The notes below the pieces were generated by a model. The model ran no database searches. It saw only the letters and a program-made list of their open reading frames with translations, and was not told the DNA's origin. This document shows, in pieces, positions 1-8,072 of a stretch of 19,592 bases of DNA (position 1 is the first letter of the stretch; the number at the start of each line of letters is the position of its first letter). The stretch is from Promethearchaeota archaeon (GTDB lineage: Archaea > Asgardarchaeota > Odinarchaeia > Odinarchaeales > JBHLKK01): NCBI GenBank assembly GCA_048939465.1, contig JBHLPL010000027.1, positions 1 through 19,592 of the forward strand. Direction: 5' to 3'. The translations under genes were made by a program, and so were the position numbers.

Positions 1-1
1 T

Positions 2-1084
2 ATTCTCAAAGAAAGAGGCGGGGATATTAAGCACAAAGAGATATACCCCGGCATTCTGGCAAAAGAATTTGACTATCCAGAAAGTCCAGAAGAGGTGGAA
101 AGAAAGGCATTAGAATGGCTCAAAAGAGAACTACCGGCGCTAAGGGATGTAGTAGGCAAACTCTCAGTAATTCATAATTGTGAGGCTACTCCGGAAGCTG
201 TTTCAAAAGTACTTACAAAAAACCGTAATGTTCCGAAGTCTGAGGTTCTAAACTGGATACTGGAGATGCGGGAGAAAGCAAGGAAAGTTTTCAATAAGAA
301 TATCGTTAGGATAACCCCAAAATATGATACGCGAATAATCGAAACGCCTTCCTATCTGGTTCCCTTCATACCGACAGCGGCAATGAATACCTTCGATTCT
401 CTTACCGATAAACCGTTCAACATCTTCTTCGTAACGACCGACGAGAAAAGATCGCCACCCTCCAGTTCTGCCGATCTAATGCAATCACTGCTCCATGAGG
501 AGTATGGCCACTGTGTGAATTTCTCTAATTCTGCCACTGGATTTGGAGCCAAGCCAAGACTAGTTGAATTGCTGGACTCATACCTGCATTATCAAATCAG
601 TGATGCTATTTCATTCTATAGAGAATTTGAGTTTGTCAAAATGCTGAAGACCATAGGCAAAAGAGGACTGACTCCGGAAGAGAAGGACTTCCTAGATGCT
701 CTATCAAAAGGTGTGGATCTGGAGACTGTCATTCTGGAGAATGAGTTCGTAATGCTGGAATGGAGATTCATAAGATTCTTAAGAGCTATATTTGATTCCA
801 GAGTAAACATGGGAAAGCAAACAATAAGCGAATTTTTGGAGTGGGCTGAGAAAGAGACTGGGCTTAGTAAGAAGGCGATATACGACCAGACATTCTTCTT
901 CTTGGCATACGTAGGGTATGCACCGGTGTATAGCATCGGTGGAGAATCGTTAAGACATCTGCAAGAACTGGCCATAAAGAACAAAAAGTCAGCCATAGAC
1001 TTCAATACTTATGCTAGTGCCATGGGATTTCCTGGTAGAACAATCTTTGAAAAGAGGCTGAAGGACTTCGCAACTGCAAAGTGA
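2..1084 (+). CDS. DUF885-family-like putative zinc metallopeptidase (5'-truncated by window edge)
   Basis: Frame is open from position 2 (ILKERGGDIKHKEIYPG...), so the GTG at 95 is not the true start. Motif order matches DUF885/zincin-like proteins: LLHEEYGH, SDAISFYRE (cf. EGWAxYxE), RFLRAIFDSRVN (cf. RAxRxxxDxxxH), GYAPVYSIG (cf. PxQxxSYxxG). Confidence 0.65.
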   Translation: MLKERGGDIKHKEIYPGILAKEFDYPESPEEVERKALEWLKRELPALRDVVGKLSVIHNCEATPEAVSKVLTKNRNVPKSEVLNWILEMREKARKVFNKNIVRITPKYDTRIIETPSYLVPFIPTAAMNTFDSLTDKPFNIFFVTTDEKRSPPSSSADLMQSLLHEEYGHCVNFSNSATGFGAKPRLVELLDSYLHYQISDAISFYREFEFVKMLKTIGKRGLTPEEKDFLDALSKGVDLETVILENEFVMLEWRFIRFLRAIFDSRVNMGKQTISEFLEWAEKETGLSKKAIYDQTFFFLAYVGYAPVYSIGGESLRHLQELAIKNKKSAIDFNTYASAMGFPGRTIFEKRLKDFATAK

Positions 1085-1089
1085 GAAAC

Positions 1090-3264
1090 CTATGCTATTT
1101 CCAACAATCTTTTTTTCAATTTACTGGCGGTGTCAGCTAACACTTTCAAGTCAAGCGTTGATGAAATACAGCCAATTGCGTGAACAACTTCGCTGATCCG
1201 GCCCAAGACATGCTCCAAATCACCTATATCAACGATATGGGGAGACGCATCTTTTCCTCGAATCCTACTCGAAATGAATTCGAAGGCATTTCCTTCTGAG
1301 GGCCTTAAATCCCTCAAATTATCCTTGGCTAGCTTGATGGCCAAATCAAGAATCTCCTCAGACGATTCGACTTCATTTGAGAGGACTTCCGTCTTTATCT
1401 GAGCTGCCAGTCTGGGCCCTATCCCAAGTCTTGCCACCATGTTGCCGAGTTCCGTACACTTATAGACATCTCCTTTTTGTGCGATGAAATCGGATCCAAT
1501 TAGGAAATCCAGTATTGTCTGTCTTCCGAGAGATCGCGGGATAACGTTTATGGCATAATCCCTCAGGCCTTTGCTTTCCAATGCAAAGTGTGTGAGTTTG
1601 ATGAGGTGTTTGCACAATTTGCTTTCAAGTCTTGCCCTAAACCTCCAGTGTTCACAGCTGCAGGAGGGGCCTTCCGACGTATCAAGAATCACTGAATAGT
1701 AAAGACTCTTAGTTGTACTTCTGATTCTGGCTTCGATTCTGCCGGGATGCGAGTCCATCACCTCGACGTATCTGTCTGGTATCATCATAGCTCTTCGTCG
1801 AACAGATTGGCCAGAATGCTCTTTGATTAATTCATCGATATCTTTTCTATCCAATTTTGCCAATTCTTTGATAGGCTTACCTTCCCTACGTCTTCTAAAC
1901 CACCAAAACGTTTTCCTGAAGGAATCGACTATTCTCTCCTCAGACGCGCCTTGGGGCTCGAATATCTCCAGCAAGGCCATTTCTTGAAGCGTTTCTTCAT
2001 CACCAATGCTACTTTCAATATCATTGTATTTTGGATGTAACTTCCCTTCTCGATCTCTTCTGAAGTACCTATCAATGATTAAATTCTGCTCATATTTGTC
2101 CGTAGCTAATACGATTCCGTATCCCTTAACGTCATATTTCGGCTTTCCCACTCTGCTTAAGATCCTATGAACGCAATTTGGGCTGAGCTCAACGAGTATA
2201 GGAACCGAAGAGACATTCTTCCAAGAAGAGAGCGTTGACGAAGTGTCTTTCAAAATGACAAGGCGTGCAGCCGTATTGATGCTGGAACCTACCTCTGTTG
2301 AGCAAGTTACAACCTTTATTAATCCTTCCTTAAATCCCTCCGTGATGCCTTCTCGTTCATCTGCAGAAAGACCTTCATGATGAAAGGCCACACCATTCAA
2401 CACGAGATCAGCTAGCAGCCTTGATGAATAGCTTATCCTATCCTGAAACTCCTCAGAGAGCTTTTCTGCTTTTGCGCTCTCTTCCAGAGTTAAAAGGGGA
2501 CCTATTGCGCCCTTTAAATTGGCTGCTGTCTTCCTGGCCTCATTTCGGTCCGAAAGATAAACAAGGACTTGACCTCCTTGTTCCACCATGTTTGAAGAGA
2601 GTGTAACAATGGAGTCGTCCTTGCTTGGAGTTAAAACCACGCTCAGTTCAACCGGAACTGGTGGATCCGTAACGTCTATCGGGATACACTCAAGCCACTT
2701 AGCCAGTTCGTAGGGGTTTCCAATATTGGAGCTGAGACATACGAGCTGAAGCCTAGGCAATCTATCCCTAAGACGGATGATAATGCTCTCAAGGAATACG
2801 CCATACCTTTCGTCGCTCAAGACATAGGTTTCATCAATTATGGCTGTCACGATGCTTTTTATCCACGGGGAGTTTTTCCTTAGAGACTTGTCGAATTGGT
2901 TAAATGTTAGAATGATTATGTTCGCAGGTTCGAGGATGACTTCATCGTCTTCTCCAGATGCTATTTCTAGCCCTAATTTCGTATATTTTCTTCTGAACTC
3001 ATCAAGTTTTTCGCGTGCAAGAGCTCTTAGAGGAGTCAAGTAGATTACTTTAGCTTTAGGAGCTGTAAGAGTCATTTGAAGGGCGACAAGTTCTCCGATA
3101 AGCGTTTTTCCACTGGCAGATGGTGAGGTAACCATTATGCTGCTTCCTCTCAGAAGGCCAGACTTGATTGCCTCAATTTGCAACGGCCGTAATTCCTCTA
3201 TCCCTTCCTTCCGGAGGATTTGGATTATTCTCTCATCAGCTCCTGCCTTCTCCAACGTCTCCAA
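1090..3264 (-). CDS. Hel308/Ski2-like SF2 helicase paralog with degenerate ATPase motifs and inserted SWIM zinc finger
   Basis: Q motif LRPLQIEAI, Walker A SPSASGKT, Ia PLRALAREK, GNPYELAKWL, GVAFHHEGL, winged-helix signatures KTFWW and FI...YKCTELG. CSCx15CKH SWIM motif at 1606-1662. TTG start with GGAGG 9 nt upstream. Confidence 0.85.
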   Translation of the reverse strand: METLEKAGADERIIQILRKEGIEELRPLQIEAIKSGLLRGSSIMVTSPSASGKTLIGELVALQMTLTAPKAKVIYLTPLRALAREKLDEFRRKYTKLGLEIASGEDDEVILEPANIIILTFNQFDKSLRKNSPWIKSIVTAIIDETYVLSDERYGVFLESIIIRLRDRLPRLQLVCLSSNIGNPYELAKWLECIPIDVTDPPVPVELSVVLTPSKDDSIVTLSSNMVEQGGQVLVYLSDRNEARKTAANLKGAIGPLLTLEESAKAEKLSEEFQDRISYSSRLLADLVLNGVAFHHEGLSADEREGITEGFKEGLIKVVTCSTEVGSSINTAARLVILKDTSSTLSSWKNVSSVPILVELSPNCVHRILSRVGKPKYDVKGYGIVLATDKYEQNLIIDRYFRRDREGKLHPKYNDIESSIGDEETLQEMALLEIFEPQGASEERIVDSFRKTFWWFRRRREGKPIKELAKLDRKDIDELIKEHSGQSVRRRAMMIPDRYVEVMDSHPGRIEARIRSTTKSLYYSVILDTSEGPSCSCEHWRFRARLESKLCKHLIKLTHFALESKGLRDYAINVIPRSLGRQTILDFLIGSDFIAQKGDVYKCTELGNMVARLGIGPRLAAQIKTEVLSNEVESSEEILDLAIKLAKDNLRDLRPSEGNAFEFISSRIRGKDASPHIVDIGDLEHVLGRISEVVHAIGCISSTLDLKVLADTASKLKKRLLEIA

Positions 3265-3314
3265 AACTGTTTTCCTCCACGAACAAAGATAGAATTTGCA
3301 TCAGGAATAAATCT

Positions 3315-3917
3315 CTATCCTCTACTCTCTTCGCCAATAATCTCTAAGACTCTTAAGACGAATCCTGCTACTTCAACTGCATCCTTGCCAAATAACCTTA
3401 TCAGTCCTTCTCTTGCAAACCCACCAGCATCCACAACAACATCGGGAGTCTTGCCGCCCACACTCTTTATTGCTTCGTTCATTGCCCAGATTAGAGACCT
3501 CCCTTCAGCTTTTCTTATGTGCTCTGGTTCTTTGCTCCTATTGAAATTCGAAACTAAGAGGTTCTTTTCGTGAGCCATTCTTTGTACAGCCCTCAAAGTC
3601 TCCGAATCGTTCTTAATATTTATGACGGATCTCTTACTCCTGTCAAACTTCATCCTGGCTAGAAGGAATCTTGCCATATGACTCGAAGCTCCAAATCGAA
3701 TACAGCCACAGGCGCGAGGAAGACCCGACACAACAGTTATTCTCCCCTCAACACCAGCCACATCTTTTTCAGATCTCGCATTAGGAATCGCCATTACAAT
3801 GTTTGTACGTACCTCAGGTATCAATTGGGAGAATCTAGGCTCAGATTCTAGGATTTTTACAGCCTCAAAAAGGTTCTCGACAACGAAGAATCGATTTGCA
3901 ATTCTCTTGGAATCCAA
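3315..3917 (-). CDS. thiN: Stand-alone ThiN-type thiamine-phosphate synthase
   Basis: LIPEVRTNIVMA...DVAGVEGRI...FGASSHMAR...RSVINIK...PDVVVDAGG..REGLIRLFG; the catalytic-type Arg (GRI) and His (SSH) are present. No ThiD or HTH fusion. TTG start with GGTG upstream. Confidence 0.8.
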   Translation of the reverse strand: MDSKRIANRFFVVENLFEAVKILESEPRFSQLIPEVRTNIVMAIPNARSEKDVAGVEGRITVVSGLPRACGCIRFGASSHMARFLLARMKFDRSKRSVINIKNDSETLRAVQRMAHEKNLLVSNFNRSKEPEHIRKAEGRSLIWAMNEAIKSVGGKTPDVVVDAGGFAREGLIRLFGKDAVEVAGFVLRVLEIIGEESRG

Positions 3918-3953
3918 TCTTACACCGTCCGCAAACTGGTGGATAGTCTGAAT

Positions 3954-5072
3954 TCATGACAGACTCTGCCGCGGCTTGAGCTTGCTTTTTAATCCACTCC
4001 CAGTTAACACAATTACCGTTCTTTCTCTTTTGACTAGCTCATCCATCTCAGTGTGCTTTTTGTAGGCTGCATAAGCTACGGCCGAACTTGGCTCAACATA
4101 GAAACCATTTCTGGCAAGTTCCACAAATGCATCATAAGTCTGATCCTCATTAACGACTTCTGCCTTACCACCAATCTCTTTCAGCTCGTTCACCATCATC
4201 TCCATGAACGGGGGATTTACGCTTACTAAAGCATCTGCGATCGAATCCATCATTTCCGGTCGAGAAAAAGGCTGATTCATCAGTCTGTGATATAGGGGTG
4301 AGACTCTCTCTGGCTGGCACCCCACGACTGTCGGAAACTCATCTGCGAGTCCGGAATTCACCAAATGCCTAAACCCCCTAATTACTCCTAATAACAGTGT
4401 TCCGGCAGAGACCGGCAGGTAGACGTAGTCCGGAAGATTCCATTCAAATTGCTCAGCCAGTTCATAGGCAAGTGTTCTGACTCCGTCATTGAAAATCGGG
4501 TGCCATATGTGTCCTACGTAGAACTTTCCTTTTTCGGGCTTTTGAGCCTTGATCGCGACTTCATTCCGTTCACCTTTAACCCTCTCGACCTCCGCCCCAT
4601 AGAAGAGTATTTGATTGAGTTTTCGCTCTAGTACAGACTCAGGCACAAATATCTTGGCCTTTAAGCCTGCTCTTGAGGAATATGCAGCAATTGAAGCTCC
4701 GGCATTACCTGAGGAGTCTTCAGAGATATAACCTCTTTCTTCTTTTACCTTCCTGTGGATTGCAGAAATCAGAGAAGCTGAACCCCTATCCTTGAATGAG
4801 CTTGTAGGGTTGAGAAATTCAAGTTTGCAATAGAGGTTTTTCCTAATCTTGACAACATGAGTCCATCCTTCGCCAAGACTTACGATTTCTTTTTTATCCA
4901 AATAAGGATAGAAATTCCTATATCGCCAAATTGAGTAATCCTGCTTTTCTATGTTCGCCTTGTCAAAACGAAAATGAAGCTTAACCTCAAATGGGGAACC
5001 ACAACGACATTTGTAATCCAGGATATTCGTTGAGGGGGATTCACACTTAGTACATTTGAGCTCATATCTCAT
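3954..5072 (-). CDS. thrC: Threonine synthase-like fold-type II PLP enzyme with N-terminal zinc ribbon
   Basis: CxxC...CxC N-terminus, LGEGWT, NPTSSFKDRG (PLP lysine), DSSGNAG, VEPSSA, VLTGSGLK. Family is secure; substrate is less so. Confidence 0.75.
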   Translation of the reverse strand: MRYELKCTKCESPSTNILDYKCRCGSPFEVKLHFRFDKANIEKQDYSIWRYRNFYPYLDKKEIVSLGEGWTHVVKIRKNLYCKLEFLNPTSSFKDRGSASLISAIHRKVKEERGYISEDSSGNAGASIAAYSSRAGLKAKIFVPESVLERKLNQILFYGAEVERVKGERNEVAIKAQKPEKGKFYVGHIWHPIFNDGVRTLAYELAEQFEWNLPDYVYLPVSAGTLLLGVIRGFRHLVNSGLADEFPTVVGCQPERVSPLYHRLMNQPFSRPEMMDSIADALVSVNPPFMEMMVNELKEIGGKAEVVNEDQTYDAFVELARNGFYVEPSSAVAYAAYKKHTEMDELVKRERTVIVLTGSGLKSKLKPRQSLS

Positions 5073-5128
5073 GGATAATCCTAAGATCGGACAGAGTTTT
5101 AACTTTATCGTAAGTAGTGCGATTGTGA

Positions 5129-5509
5129 CTATATCTTACTAATTACGCGATCTTCTTTCGGAATCCCCAGGATCTCTCTAAGCGGTTCAGTAAAACACCT
5201 TATGCACAATCTAAACAAATTCCAAGTTTTGTAATCTTCTTTTGACTTCTGCGTCTCGTTCTTCCACTCTTCCAAGTCTTTAAAGCCTGACTTCTCAACG
5301 TATTTTCTGAGAATATCGTCGTGAACTCCATTTAACATAACTTGACAAATGAAGGACAGGTGACCCTTTAGGTTTGTGTTTCCAGACCGATGATAGATGT
5401 CAACAAAAGATTCCTCATCTGGATCTTCTTTCCCCGTTGGCTTCAGAATCAGGACTTCACCGTTATCTATCAAGAATCTGAATATCCTTTCGGAGTCGAT
5501 AGTTATCAT
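5129..5509 (-). CDS. Small hypothetical protein (126 aa), possibly ASCH/PUA-like
   Basis: Part of ORF-track 5129..5761. Protein-like sequence begins at MITIDSERIFRFLIDNGEV (ATG 5509; GTG 5518 alternative), about 26 nt below a TATATATA box. C-terminal LRKYVEKSGFKDLEEW resembles the GFxxxEEW end of ASCH-like archaeal proteins. Confidence 0.55.
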   Translation of the reverse strand: MITIDSERIFRFLIDNGEVLILKPTGKEDPDEESFVDIYHRSGNTNLKGHLSFICQVMLNGVHDDILRKYVEKSGFKDLEEWKNETQKSKEDYKTWNLFRLCIRCFTEPLREILGIPKEDRVISKI

Positions 5510-5534
5510 CCGTCTCACTCGGTCCTGAAGTAAA

Positions 5535-5542
5535 TATATATA
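5535..5542 (-). promoter_or_regulatory. TATA box for the 5129-5509 gene (near-leaderless transcript)
   Basis: Minus strand reads TATATATATTTA; spacing to ATG 5509 fits an archaeal leaderless promoter. Confidence 0.45.
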
Positions 5543-5726
5543 CCTTGCAGTTATTATAAGCTTGTTCGACTGGTGAAAAGTCGTTACATGTGTGTCAATT
5601 CCTATGGTGAAAGGGAGCAAAGTATTGATTGGACGATTATTGAGATTTTGGGAATGCTTCGCATCGGTCCGGTCCATCACGAAAACCAATTCGTGCCTAT
5701 CTTGATCAGGAATAGAGGCTGCCCGT

Positions 5727-6428
5727 ATGAAGAAAGTAGTCCTTTTTGACCTTGGAGACACTCTGATTCATTATTATAAGAAAACTGAGTTTCTTGAGAT
5801 TCTTAAACAGTCGATTTCAAATGTCAGGGAATATTTGAGTCGGAGAAATCTTCTTGGCATCTCCTCGAGGGGTATTTGGCAGAGAGCGACAGATGAGAAT
5901 TATGAGGCAAGAAATCATTGCGTAAGGCCGATGGAAAAGAGACTGGCTCGAGTTTTCAAACTGGGTCACCGTATCCGGTCTAAAGGACTCTTAATGACCA
6001 TGTGTAAGCATTTCATGAACCACATTTTTGGCGGAGCGAGCTACTACGAAGATACTCTAACTACTCTCAGCGAGCTGAAATCATCCAACTTCACTGTAGC
6101 AATTGTGTCCAATACAACGTGGGGCAGCCCTGCCAATCTATGGAGGGAAGAGCTTCGGAGAAAGGGATTAGAAGAGTACATAGAGACAGCCGTATTCTGC
6201 AGAGATGTGGGATGGCGAAAACCAGCGAGACGAATCTTTGAATTTACAATTCGGAAGTTAAATACTACGGCTCAGAATTGCATCTTTGTAGGTGATAATC
6301 CAAGATGGGATGTCGCAGGTGCAAGAACCGTCGGAATAAGAGCAGTCCTTATCGATCGCAGAGACGAAGTGCCCGGCCTTGAAGAAGAAAAGATCAAGAC
6401 CCTAGATGAATTGTGGAACCTTTTGTGA
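5727..6428 (+). CDS. HAD-superfamily hydrolase, subfamily IA
   Basis: Motif I VLFDLGDTL, motif II IVSN, motif III RKP, motif IV FVGDNPRWDV; GAGG upstream. Confidence 0.9.
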   Translation: MKKVVLFDLGDTLIHYYKKTEFLEILKQSISNVREYLSRRNLLGISSRGIWQRATDENYEARNHCVRPMEKRLARVFKLGHRIRSKGLLMTMCKHFMNHIFGGASYYEDTLTTLSELKSSNFTVAIVSNTTWGSPANLWREELRRKGLEEYIETAVFCRDVGWRKPARRIFEFTIRKLNTTAQNCIFVGDNPRWDVAGARTVGIRAVLIDRRDEVPGLEEEKIKTLDELWNLL

Positions 6429-6435
6429 AGTACCA

Positions 6436-6455
6436 AAGGAGTTGAAAGCCTCCTT
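6436..6455. terminator. Short hairpin between convergent HAD and ilvC genes
   Basis: AAGGAG-N8-CTCCTT stem-loop followed by a pyrimidine/T-rich stretch, in the 52-bp gap between two stop codons. Confidence 0.3.
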
Positions 6456-6480
6456 CTTCCTAGATCCTTTTTAGGTCCCT

Positions 6481-7482
6481 TCATTTATTTGTTGATTCAT
6501 TTCCAGAGGTCAGCCCCCTGATTCTTCTCCCGACCGTTTCAATGAGATGTTCTTTATCATGTTTCCGCATATCGTTTAGGGCTGTGTAGTTTGAATCAAA
6601 TTCGGCAATCCATTCTTTTGCATAGCGCCCTGTTTGGATATCCCTGAGTACATTCTTCATTGCATCCTTGACTTTCCCATTGATTATCACCTTACCCCTG
6701 GTTCTTCCACCATACTCGGCAGTACCACTCACGGAATTCCACATACCTTCAATGCCTTTGTGCCAGATCAAATCTACTATTAGTTTCAGCTCATAAAGAC
6801 ACTCGTAATACGCAAGTTCAGGCTGATAACCCGCTTCAACGAGAGTCTCAAAGCCGGCCTTGACAAGCTCTGTTACACCGCCGCAGAGGACAGCTTGCTC
6901 TCCAAAAAGATCCGTCTCAACTTCTTCCCTAAACGTAGTCTCGATGACTCCTGCTCTTGAGAAACCTACAGCTTTGCTTAAGGCTAGAGTCAATTCACGG
7001 GCTTTTCCAGTATAATCTTGATGTACCGCAAAAAGACCAGGTAATCCTGTTCCTTTCAAATAGGATTCTCTAACCGACTCGCCAGGTCCTTTCGGAGCGA
7101 TCATTGTGACATCAACGTAATCTGGAGGAATAATCAGTTCAAAGTGTATATTGAAGCCATGACTGAAGCTAATGGCCTTCCCCCTTTTCAGATTGTTCCT
7201 TATTTGTGTATTGTATACTCCTGGCTGCTCCTCATCTGGTATCAGAATGTGGATAATATCCCCCATCTTTGTGGCTTCATCAATAGTAAAGACTTCGAAA
7301 CCTTCTTCTTTCGCTTTCATCCATGAAGATCCACCTTCCCGAAGACCTAATATTATGTTGAAGTCACTGTCCCGGATGTTCAGGGCTTGTGCCCTGCCTT
7401 GGTTGCCATATCCTACTACTGCAATTGTCTTATCCATTAGAATCCGGTCATCGATATCTCTGTCTCTGTATATCTCTATCAT
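6481..7482 (-). CDS. ilvC: Ketol-acid reductoisomerase (class I, short)
   Basis: IAVVGYGNQGRAQALNIRDS, GLREGGSSW (NADPH-type loop), FSHGFNIHF, MIAPKGPG, ETDLFGEQAVLCGG, SGTAEYG; GGAGGT RBS. Confidence 0.97.
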   Translation of the reverse strand: MIEIYRDRDIDDRILMDKTIAVVGYGNQGRAQALNIRDSDFNIILGLREGGSSWMKAKEEGFEVFTIDEATKMGDIIHILIPDEEQPGVYNTQIRNNLKRGKAISFSHGFNIHFELIIPPDYVDVTMIAPKGPGESVRESYLKGTGLPGLFAVHQDYTGKARELTLALSKAVGFSRAGVIETTFREEVETDLFGEQAVLCGGVTELVKAGFETLVEAGYQPELAYYECLYELKLIVDLIWHKGIEGMWNSVSGTAEYGGRTRGKVIINGKVKDAMKNVLRDIQTGRYAKEWIAEFDSNYTALNDMRKHDKEHLIETVGRRIRGLTSGNESTNK

Positions 7483-7772
7483 TTATTCTAGACCTCCTTC
7501 TTTTGGATGACACGGTCACTGATCGCGAGATTAGCAGCGCGATACCTGATCCTGAATCCGTCAGATCGGGAACCTTTGAAATCTGGTCAAACCTTCACTC
7601 ATCTTCTTGACGAGATAGTTGCTTGTTGCATATAAGATGTTAGCCCTCATTTATCAAGTTCCTTCTTAAGATCTAGTTTGGCACTCTGCGATCTGACGTC
7701 TGAATTCTAGAACAATACTGTGGGAGATTTCTTCGTTTTTCTGGCCTTTCGTATTTTTATGGCAGAGAAGGT

Positions 7773-7812
7773 TATTAAGTATATAGAAGTAATACTGTAC
7801 TTCAGGAGGGTG
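7773..7812 (+). promoter_or_regulatory. BRE/TATA plus strong RBS for the ATP-cone gene
   Basis: Purine-rich GGCAGAGAAG then TATTAAGTATATA; CAGGAGGGTGA 5 nt before ATG 7818. Confidence 0.5.
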
Positions 7813-7817
7813 ATTCT

Positions 7818-8072
7818 ATGGTTAAAATCGAGAAAAGAGACGGGAGAAGTGAAGATTTCGTTGCAGAAAAGGTTGTCGTCAGCGCCGTAAAGAGTGGAGC
7901 CTCTGCCGAAGTTGCTCGGAAGATGGCAGAGGAGATTGAGGGCAGAGTGAAAGAGGGTACGTCTACAAAAGAGATCAAAAGAATGGTCTTGGAAATGCTC
8001 AGGAAGAGAAACCCAGAGTGGGAAAAGAACTGGCTCATCTACGACAGGGCAGTCAAAAAAAGAACTGAATAA
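7818..8072 (+). CDS. Stand-alone ATP-cone domain protein (84 aa)
   Basis: MVKIEKRDGRSEDF...EKVVVS (VxKRDG signature), TSTKEIKRMVLEML; strong RBS. Confidence 0.85.
   Translation: MVKIEKRDGRSEDFVAEKVVVSAVKSGASAEVARKMAEEIEGRVKEGTSTKEIKRMVLEMLRKRNPEWEKNWLIYDRAVKKRTE

Noticed and set aside
5588-5749. 53-codon plus-strand ORF (MCVNSYGERE...)
   Set aside because: No recognisable motif, RBS spacing is long, and it overlaps the HAD start out of frame.
5510-5761. N-terminal 84 codons of ORF-track 5129..5761
   Set aside because: Overlaps the divergent HAD gene start, runs through a TATA box and does not look protein-like; ATG 5509 is the better start.
7504-7555. Possible C/D-box sRNA (TGGATGA ... CTGA ... 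CTGA)
   Set aside because: C-to-D' spacer is only 8 nt and there is no credible C' box.
5523-7807. Shared 10-mer TACTTCAGGA upstream of two genes (5523-5532 minus; 7798-7807 plus)
   Set aside because: Many 10-mer matches are expected by chance in 20 kb and part of it is RBS-like sequence.
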